This document shows positions 53,999-64,000 of a stretch of DNA of 64,000 nt, piece by piece. The notes beneath the pieces were generated by a model that saw nothing but the letters and a program-made list of their open reading frames with translations, was not told the origin of the DNA and made no database searches. A program made the position numbers and the translations under genes. Numbering within the stretch: position 1 is the stretch's first letter; every line of letters starts with the position of its first letter. Source of the stretch: Octopus vulgaris (taxonomy: Eukaryota); assembly GCA_951406725.2 (NCBI GenBank), contig OX597815.1:136648001-136712000 (forward strand). Reading direction: 5' to 3'.

Positions 53999-56900
53999 AT
54001 GGCACCAAAGTGGGAAAAGAAAGAGTTAAATCTTCTGCTGAGAGCATGGACGATTGCTAGTAGCGATCCGCCGAACAACGTCATCACTGCCGCACTAAAA
54101 AAACAATGGATTTCATAGAACCATTGACCAGATAGAGCAGAAGAAAAGTGAGTTTATCCGGTCTTACATGCTTATAAGACCACACATCAAAACACTGGAC
54201 AACATAATGTTGAGGATGAAGAGAACGAAAAAGAGAAGGAAGCCGGAAGTCTCTGTGATCCAGGGGTTCTTCAGGAAAATGGATCACCTACCCAGGTGAA
54301 CGACCAGATAGTGAAGGATAGGGGAACCAGAGGAGCTGAAACCGGAAGCCCCCCTGTACCAGCGGTCCTACGAAGAAATGAAAAATTAGAAAAACAGAAG
54401 AAAAAAGGAAGGACCGAAAACAAAAATAAGGAGGGAAAAGAAGGAAAAAGCAAAACAACCAAAGCTGAAACCCCAACCAACCATACAAACAGTAGGGAAC
54501 CCCATGGAGGATCCAATGCCACCCAGTACACTTCAGGAAAGAAGAAATCTGGAAGGCACCGAAGAACCTGTAAGTTCTACCTGCGGGGCAAATGTTGGCA
54601 TGGTGAGGACGGCAAAAACTGCCGGTTCGCCTACCCGACACCCGCCAGAACTTCAGGGGACTCAAAGAGAAAAACCTTACCGAGGGAACACAAGAAATGT
54701 CTCCCAGGAAAACTTTCAAAAACGAAGTGCGCTCCTCAGATGTTCTGCGCAACCCAGCAGCTGAGCAAGAGTCTTTTTTTTTGCATAGCGCAAAGAATTG
54801 TCCGGCAGCTAACCTGGCTACACCAAGCACAGAGAAGGAATCCTGCCCACCACTATGCAAGACCACCACAGTCAACAGACACAGGATGGCCTACACAGCG
54901 GTCACCCCAATAATTTTACTAAATATTGGGGGTCTGTTGCATCAAAATAGAAACAAAATTTCTTTCCTGAGAGATCTTACTGCATGCAATCAAGCCCTAT
55001 GCATAGCCCTTGTGGAAACTCACCTCAACCCTGATATTGAGGACGCAGAAGTACACATACCAAACTATGCCATACTGCGAACAGACAGAAGGGAAAGGAG
55101 CCATGGTGGAGTTGCTGTATACATCCGAGATGACCTCACACACCAGGTCTTAATGACATACTCAAATTCGGTATATGACACTTTAATTGTATACATAAGA
55201 CAACATAATATAGTCATATGCACTACATATTGCCCACCGGATGCCCCAAATCACACAGGAACGTTTGAAGACTGCCTCACAAGAATTAAAGAAATCCTCA
55301 TGAATCTGGAACACAAAGTGACCATATTTCTTATGGATGATTTCAACTTCCCCAACGTCAAATGGCCCGAAGGTCACATACTCTCAGGAATGAATCATTG
55401 CAAGCAAGTACAGGTGGAGTCCCTGCTCAACCTCACCAATGCCTTATTCATGGAGCAAGTTGTACTTAAGCCAACTAGGGCGAATAACATTCTGGATCTC
55501 TGCTTCACGAACAATATGGACATCATTCATGATGTGAAAGTGACACCGACATCAGTTTCGGATCACAACATAATAGTGCTGTCTATGTTTGGGCCAAAAG
55601 TAATCAGAGACATACATACTAAAGGAAGCACATGGAAATCTCTCCAATCTGAACTTCCACAAAGCAGATTGGAAATCGATCCAAAAAGAGATCCTCAGAG
55701 AGGACTGGCCGGAATGTCTCTCCACACCAGACATTGACATGAAACTAGAATGTTTCATGTCTTCTGTGCAAGCCGTATGCCAGAAATATGTCCTAGAGCA
55801 CAAGGCCAAAACAAATAGGAGCAAGATTCCAAGAGACAGGTAGATCCTCATGAGACAACGGTTGCAAATCGTCTCAACCAACATCCCAAAAGTAGCGAAA
55901 CGTCCCGCCTAAAAACAACACTGATGGAAATCGAAAAAAGGCTGCAACAATCCTATGTGAAGGAGAAAGCAGACAAAGAAGCCTGGGTTATGAAAAAAAC
56001 ATTAAATCAAACCCAAAAGCCTTCTTTCATTACGCGAAAGAAACAGTCTCAGTGCACTACAAGATAGGACACCTCCTTCAAAAGGATGGCTCCCTCACAG
56101 ACAGTCCAACTAAGATCAGTGAGATGCTGAATGACCAGTTCAAAAGTGTCTTTACCACCCCGTTGGAACACAGACAAGTGAACGAACCAGTGGATTTCTT
56201 TGCCGCCTCACCTATAACCAGCGAGGCGGTTACAATAGAATGTATTGACATTAGCGAAAAAGATGTCCTACTAGCCATAGATGAAGTGGACACAAACTCA
56301 GCTGCTGGTCCAGATGGTTTCCCAGCCATCCTCCTCAAAGCGTGTAAGCATGCCTTGGCAAAACCCCTCAAGATTCTCTTCCAGAGCTTTCTTGTGAATG
56401 GCAAACTGCCAAGCAAGCTGAAGGAGGGAATAATATGCCCAATACATAAAGGGGGAAGTAGAGCCGATGCCAAAAAACTATAGGCCTATCTCTCTGACTT
56501 CACACATCAGCATAGTCATGGAAAGGATAGTCAGAAAGAAACTAATCGCATTCCTTGAGAAAAATAACTTGGTGAGTGATACCCAGCATGGTTTTCGACC
56601 AGGTAGGAGCTGCCTGACCCAGCTCTTACAGCATTATGACTGGGTGTTGAGGCAGTTACTCAACAAATCAAATGTGGACGTAATCTACCTTGATTTTTCA
56701 AAAGCTTTTGACAAGGTGGATCATGGTATGATATGCCACAAACTGCTTGACCTCGGCATAGCTGGAAAACTTGGAGTGTGGTTGCATGAAAGATAGGAGT
56801 CAGGCAGTAGTGGTTAATGGAGCCACCTCTATGAACACACAAATAGTGAGCGGTGTTCCACAGGGCACTGTCCTGGGACCGCTGCTTTTTATAGTGGCCC

Positions 56901-57925
56901 TCTCAGATATGCCCTCAAATGCCCGGATAGCCACTCTGGCCAGCTATGCAGACGATACGAAAGTCTCCCAGAAAATACAGAACCCCAGCGATGTTGCACA
57001 CCTGCAGCAGGAGTTGGACTCAATCTACAGATGGACTGAGGATAATAATATGCAGTTTAATGCTGAAAAATTCCAGGCCCTGCGCTACCAGCATCCAAAA
57101 CTGAATATTAAACTTACAGGATACACCGGTCCACAGGGAATTTTAATCCCAGAGCCTAAGTCTGTGAGGGACCTGGGTATCGACATGAGTGATGATACCT
57201 CTTTCCAAGTGCACATTACCAGGATGGCGACAAAGTGCAGACGACTGGCTGGGTGGATCCTAAGAACATTCAGAACCAGAGATAAGGAAACCATGATGGT
57301 CCTCTGGCGGACATTCGTCCTCAGCCGCCTGGATTACTGCTCACAGCTATGGTCACCCACCAGTGTAAAATTAACAGCGGACCTTGAAGCAATCCAGAGA
57401 AGATTCACAAAGAAGATCGTCTCTTTGCAACAGCTCAGCTACTGGGAAAGGTTGAAACAGCTAAGACTCTACTCCCTGGAGAGAAGACGGAGAGGTATGC
57501 AGTAATATATGTCTGGAAGATCCTGGAAGGAATTGTGCCAAGTTTTGGCATTGAAAGCTACGCTAGTGCTAGAACGGGACGACACTGCATAGTGCCAAAG
57601 ATCCTAGTAATGCCATCACGCTTCAGGACCAGCTTCTGCAACAGCCTGGGTTTCAAGGGTCCACAGCTTTTTAATATTCTCCCAAAGAGTCTGAGGAACT
57701 TGCACAAAGTAGATGTAGCAGTTTTTAAATCAAAGCTGGACATCTTCCTGTCAAGAGTCCCAGATGAACCTACCTCACGGCAAGAGGTGCAAATGGGTGT
57801 ATCTATATCAAAATCCATTCTTCACCAAGTGCCACATATTAGACGAGGTTCGTCGTAATAATAGTGTTGCACAAAACGGCGGTGCATCAGCATGGCCGCA
57901 GCTCTGAGCTGAAACTAGAAAAAAA
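53999..57925 (+). mobile_element. Near full-length APE+RT LINE (CR1/Crack/L2 group) with frameshifts
   Basis: ORF1 with CKFYLRGKCWHGEDGKNCRF; APE motifs LNIGGL, ETHL, RTDR..GGVAVY, DDFNFP, LDLCFT, SDHN; RT motifs GPDG, YRPISLTS, QHGFR, YLDFSKAFD, GVPQGTVLGPLLF, YADDTK. Confidence 0.95.
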
Positions 57926-57949
57926 TATATATATGTATATGGAATTTTC

Positions 57950-58205
57950 TATTCTTTTACTTTTTTCAGTCATTTGACTGCGGCCACTCACCGCCTTTAG
58001 TCGAAGAAATCGTCTCCAGGACTTAGTCTTTGTAAGCCTAGTGCCTATTCTATCGGTCTCTTTTGCAAAATTTATCAAATCTACCAAACCCACTCTCAAA
58101 GTTTTGGTCGGCCCGAGACTATATTAGAAGACATTTTCCCAAGATGCCACGCAGTATGACTGAACCCGGAACCATGCGGATGAGGAGCAAGCTTCTTACC
58201 ACAAA
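57950..58205 (-). mobile_element. SINE family A (internally deleted)
   Basis: Reverse complement of head and tail of the 58253-58660 copy. Confidence 0.85.
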
Positions 58206-58252
58206 TATGATAAATATATATACATTTGTACATACGCAGGAGTGGCTATATA

Positions 58253-58660
58253 GGCGCAGGAGTGGCTGTGTGGTAAGTAGCTTGCTTACCAACCACATGG
58301 ATCCGGGTTCAGTCCCACTGCATGACATCTTGGGCAAGTGTCTTCTGCTATAGCCTCGGGCCGACCAATGCCTTGTGAGTGGATTTGGTAGACGGAAACT
58401 GAAAGAAGCCTGTCGTATATATGTATATATGTATATATGCATGTGTATGTATATGTTTGTGTGTCTGTGTTTGTCCCCCTAGCATTGCTTGAAAACCGAT
58501 GCTGATGTGTTTACGTCCCCGTCACTACACTGTTCGGCAAAAAAAGACCGATAGAATAAGTACTGGGTTTACAAAGAATAAGTCCCGGGGTCGATTTGCT
58601 CGACTAAAGGCGGTGTTCCAGCATGGCCGCAGTCAAATGACTGAAACAAGTAAATGAGTA
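58253..58660 (+). mobile_element. SINE family A, full length
   Basis: GGCGCAGGAGTGGCTGTGTGGTAAG..GGTTCAGTCCC..GGCGGTGTTCCAGCATGGCCGCAGTCAAATGACTGAAAC. Confidence 0.92.
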
Positions 58661-58662
58661 AA

Positions 58663-58717
<55 letters not shown>

Positions 58718-59389
58718 GTACATACATTCATACATATATTATACATACATGTATATATAATATGAGTGACAGTAATTTAATAATTGAAAGGCAAATTTAT
58801 AGGCGGCAAGCCTTGTAAATGAATTTGCTAGATGGAGATACAGTAGCTCGTCGTTAATATATATATATATATATATATACGCACGCGTGTGTTTGTGTGT
58901 GCATGCCTGTGTGCGTGTGAGTGTGTGTTGGTGAGTGAGTCAGTGTGTGCCTCTGTCTGTCTTTCTGCCTGTCTGTGTGTTGCATCTCATTCACTAACGG
59001 TTTTGGTATGCTTATGTCCTGATAACGTAGTTGTTATGCCAATGAGACAGTAAAAGTATCAGTCTGAAAATTCAGCCAAGCAAATCGATTCGTTCTCCAG
59101 TCAAATGAGTGAAACAAGTAAAGCAGAAATGGTAAAATGAGAGAAGTGAAATGAGAGAACAGATGTTTATTTCGTTAGTTAATGGCTGTTTCATAATCTC
59201 GGAACCATGTGATTGGGAAGTAAGCCTCTAATATATCTTCTCATTCTATCGTAATCTAAAATTCATCCACGCCTGTATCGCGATATTTTGTATATTTTGA
59301 AAGAGTCGTGTTTATCAGTGCTAGTGAATCTTCAATTTTACGCATATGAATAGATAACATGTTTCATTTTAAATTACATTACGATAAGA

Positions 59390-59778
59390 GTTTCAAATTT
59401 TTTGCACAAGACCAGCAATTACGAGGAAAAGTAAGTCAGTCACATCCACCCGTGTTTACCTAGTACTTATTTTATGGACCCCGAAAGAAAGAAAAGTATG
59501 TCGACGTTTTTAATCATTTTACCCGGCGTGTTAACCATTTTGCCACCTCGCCTCCCTAAATTCTATTGGTTTCAAATTTTGGCACAAGACCAGCCAGTTT
59601 GGAGGAAGGGGTAAGTTTACATCGAACCCAGTTCTTAATCGGTGCTTATATATCGTTCCCGGAAGGAGGAAATGGGAAAGTCGACCTTGGTGGAATTTGC
59701 ACTCAGAACGTGAAAACACACGAATTGCTGCTAAACATTTTTCCCGACACAGTAACGATTCTGCCCGATCGCCGCCTT
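59390..59778 (-). mobile_element. Two tandem SINE family B copies
   Basis: Units about 59390-59555 and 59567-59778, both starting GTTTCAAATTTT..GCACAAGACCAGC on the plus strand. Confidence 0.8.
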
Positions 59779-62061
59779 AAATCACATTAAAAGATTAAGA
59801 ATAAGAATATATCGTGATCAAGTTCGAGTCATTATCACTATAATTTTTAAAATGTCATGATTTAGTTTTGTCAATATAATGTAATCACGAATTTTCAGAA
59901 CGGTGAAGTACTGGGAAAGCTGTGTCAAAGTTAGTGTTATTCAATATTTCCAGGTCTTTTGTTTCTCTTTTCATATCTTAGTATAGTACAGTTTGCTTTT
60001 TATCCCTTTGGATCGAAAAATGCGACTTCTACCGGCTAAGATGTTGCTATAATCTTTTGCTTATATTCGAAATGTAAAAATAAGTTAGAGCTATGATACA
60101 AAGTGGAATATTGTTATTTATAGACATTGATATTTATGGACTATAATGAACATGATTGAAATAACCGATGTAATATACATGATTTAACGATAATTACTGA
60201 CATTGAAAATTTAGTATAAAACCTTTGAAAGCACACAAAATGAAACGAAAGAATTGACATTCCCAAACGTTTCAATTTGCCAAACTAGGCAAATATTTCC
60301 GGATAATCGAGACAAAGCTACATATGCTCTTGTGAAATTTTATGCACTTGATATGGCTTTTTCAAAGTTTTCCTGATAGAGCGTCTCAATGATACAAGCA
60401 TAAATAAAATTCAATAATAAAGTAAATGCCAACGGAAATTTACCTAACGTAAGCTGTTTTCTTATGAAGCAGTATTATAAGTCCCAGACACTCTCGTAAC
60501 GTTTCAAACAATGAATAATTGCTGTATCAAATTTTTTATTAGTTGTTAACTGGTTTTCGTATTGGTCTAATAACCAAACAAATAAATTTCCCAGTTAATT
60601 ACAAAACAAAGCATGTTAACATACATATCTAGATTATTACGCCTCTGAATGCATTATTATTAACATGTCATGTAATAAAGTATGGAATGTAATAAAATAT
60701 GGTCCATTCGAGAGTGAATTAATTAATTGATTTTTTAAATTAGAGTGCATTCAGCATAACAGTACTAATTATACTGGTCTATTTTTGAAGACGGAAAACT
60801 GTGATTTAAGAGAGATATGACAATTAATTTTTAGAGATCTAGGCAACTCTTTCCATGGAATTCAAAGATTACCTTCATAGTAAAAGCTGTAAGGAACATC
60901 ACTTGATGAGCAGGATTATGATTTATTAATCATAAAGTAATATGCTTTTCTATCAACTGTGATCCTTATAAGCCTTAGATATCTGTTCACAATTATTAGA
61001 TCTCCATGTAACTGATCTCCTATGATCATATCTAAAACTGCCGTCTCACGAGAAGGATATAGAATAAAAGGCGAATGATGGCAGGAAGTATATAATCGTG
61101 TTCAAAATAACGTCGCAAGTTGCCTGATTGAATTCGTACACGTGCCTGTGCTATGTCTTAATATATTACTCGACTGAAATTATTTGCAAATTACTAAATT
61201 ATTTTCGCAAAACATTGACATGAAAACATTATTGGTACAAATTCATGAAAGCATTTGACTTATAACAAACTGGTATTGATTTTTAAATCTGCTCTTTTAC
61301 ATGCTCAAATGAAACAAAGTTATCTTTGCGTTTCATCATTATTTTGATAAATACAATAGGTACCAGAATTATAGTATGGATGACTTATATTTTCCCAGAA
61401 AATTTGCGGTAAATTTCAGGAATGACGAAAAATTATTTTGCATACAAAGGAACATACTATTTCATTAGATCTAATATAACAAAACTTAATGCATTCTCGT
61501 GTGCGGATGTGTCTCTCCTGTCTTCGAAACTAGTAAGCATCGTAAAAATGTAAGCAGACGCATTTCCTATCGGTAAGAAAAGGAAACAGAATAGATTCTA
61601 TAAATAACAGACATATCTCACGACAGAAATCTGATCGTTGTATACAGTTAGAGAGAAACTGAAAGCGTTGCGAGAGGAAATTGTATTCCTATATCCTAAT
61701 CTGTACGATGTTTGTTGATATAGGAACTGTTGCGCGTAGCAACTACAGTAACATTTCAGGATATTGAAGTAAATATTCAACCAAGCAAAAAGCAAGGAGT
61801 ATAACATCACCATTTATTTACTTTGCCTTAAAAGGTATCAATTATCTCAGCATAAACTATATTACTTTCCCTATTTTTCTATAGTGACTTATATTTTTAG
61901 AAATGCTTGAAATGACAAAATATCTCCGGAGATGCCGCTGTATGAATAAAACACATTATACTTGTCTTCGCAAATTAAGAATTTCCAATTTCAATTAATT
62001 GATAGGATGAAATATGGAATCACGTACACAATCATATATATATATATATATATAAATATAA

Positions 62062-62424
62062 ATATGGCAAATGAAAGGCGGAAGATGGAATATACAAGAA
62101 TATATTATAAATCACAATTGGTTCGGCACATCTAGCATCGATTCGTCATGGGTGGGACTCTCAACAACTTGTTCAGGAGCATCTAGCCGTGTAGATGTAT
62201 ATCGTCGGTCGATAAATAAATATAACTCATTAAAATAACTATTACTATTTTCTAGAAAGAAAAGCAGCTAGATGAGTGAAGGCATCTCGAGAGTCGGTCA
62301 GAAATTCTGAACCAGTTGTTGAGTGTCCCACATATGATCTATAGATGCTAGATGTGTCGAAACAATTGTTGTGATTAATAACAAATTCTCGTATATTCCA
62401 TGTTCCGTCTTTTATTTGCCATAT
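62062..62424. repeat. Diverged inverted repeat between (TA)n tracts with degenerate hammerhead
   Basis: About 62062-62180 versus 62305-62424; GAAAC-AATT-GTT-GTG near 62359-62373. Confidence 0.8.
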
Positions 62425-62497
62425 ACAAACGTTCACTGTAAAATTGACTGTGCTGTACGAGTAAGCTACCGGGTGTAAATTATTCGTTTTATTGTCC

Positions 62498-62569
<72 letters not shown>

Positions 62570-62708
62570 AATTAGAGAAAAACCACTGGAATGTAATCTA
62601 AACATTCATATAGAAATATCATATAGAAAAATAAAATATATTATAAAACATATATCTAGATCACAAAATGTACATAATAATGAATAAACATTATATAATA
62701 TGTAAAAA

Positions 62709-62810
62709 GACTACGTACGTTTCGTGGCTATAACTTCAATTCGAATTACGATTAAATTTAAATTTTATCCAAAAACAATTCAATTTAAAATTATAGTCAC
62801 TCCTCAGGTC
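62709..62810 (-). ncRNA. Minimal type I hammerhead ribozyme with long stem II
   Basis: GAC-CTGAGGA-GTGACTATAA..TTATAGCCAC-GAAAC-GTAC-GTA-GTC; palindromic stem III ACGTACGT; element ends in (TA)n at about 62570. Confidence 0.85.
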
Positions 62811-63370
62811 AACAATAATAACAATAATAGTTAAATAAATACATATTTTTAATAAATAATAAAATAGAATTAAACAATTTTTTTTAAAGAAGTAAAAACA
62901 TGATTCTCCTTATAGAAGAAACTCCGTTAACTAAATTTGAAACTTAAAAAAGTAGGGCCAGGTGTCTATAATACATTTATCATGCTAAAAACCTAAGGTA
63001 AAAGATAGAGTAAATACATAGAAATATGTATGTTATCTGTGAAGATATACTTTAGCTTTGAGAATAATTTTAACAAACTATAGTATATCTTTACTGGAAA
63101 ATAGAGTAAATAGATAGAAATATGTATTTTATCGGTGAAGAAATAATAGGGTAATATATATGATTATTGATTGAAAAATATGGCTTTCTATTTTTGTTTA
63201 TTTAATTATAATATAGATAAGTACATTTATTTAATTATTCTTATTATAATAATTATTATATATGAACTAAAATCTAAAAGTATTAAGTTTGGTTTCTTTG
63301 TGAATTAGATTGTGACATAAAATAGTTTAGTATAGGTAGTGTAAAGTTTTTATATTTTGTACTATTGAAT

Positions 63371-63403
<33 letters not shown>

Positions 63404-63406
<3 letters not shown>

Positions 63407-64000
63407 TTGACCAGAAGCAAACCCATCAGTGGCTACGGAGTTCAGGGCTAAAAGCAGAGAGCGAAGGTTTCATCCTGGCTGCTCAAGATCAAAGCCTATT
63501 AACCCGGAACTACCAGGCCAATGTGATGAAAAATGGAGCAGACCCAAAATGCCGATTCTGCAACGACATGATTGAAACAGTGGACCACCTAATCTCTGGA
63601 TGTAATGTCTTAGCACCAGTGGAGTATAAATTAAGACATGACAGAGTTGGCTAATATCTACACTGGCTAATAAGTCGGCATTACAATATCAAAACTGCCG
63701 ACAAGTGGTATAATCATCACCCTGAAGCTGTAACTAAAGGAGAAAATGTAACCATTCTGTGGGACTTTCCAGTACATACAGACCGAACCATCAAAGCCAA
63801 TAAGCCAGATATTGTTGTGAAAGACCAAAACAATAAAATTTGCTTATTGATCGACATGAGCATCCCCTGTGATCATAATATCTCAGCGAAAGAGTTTGAC
63901 AAGCTCAGAAAATATAAAGACCTGCTCATTGAAATTGAGAAAATGTGGCATCTCAAGGCGGTTACAATACCAGTGATCGTAGGAGCACTAGGAATGATCA
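63404..64000 (+). mobile_element. Second copy of the R4/Dong-like element, 5'-truncated in (TAA)n, runs off window
   Basis: Collinear with 15420-16016, about 15 substitutions by eye, in-frame TAA at 63652-63654. Confidence 0.95.

Overview
AT-rich, microsatellite-dense eukaryotic (animal) DNA. The repeat landscape resembles cephalopod/Octopus genomes (inference from recalled repeat families, not checked). No host protein-coding gene can be supported, and most ORF-track entries are microsatellite artefacts. The window is a nest of mobile DNA: RLE-type (R4/Dong-like) non-LTR retrotransposons in (TAA)n and (CATA)n tracts, a near full-length APE+RT LINE with a CCCH-like ORF1, Penelope-like element (PLE) RT/GIY-YIG relics, Tc1/mariner elements (one nested), a Chapaev-like transposase relic, Helitrons, piggyBac-like MITEs and at least three tRNA-derived SINE families. 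The most notable unannotated signal is a set of sequence-diverse minimal type I hammerhead ribozymes (four distinct motifs with intact cores at 7958, 12272 plus its mirror at 12175, 22010 and 62709, and several degenerate ones). Most lie in short non-coding elements anchored on (TA)n microsatellites, with inverted and partial tandem duplications, i.e. a PLE/retrozyme-like system. One is a 478-nt monomer repeated about 1.25 times. All alignments and foldings were done by eye.
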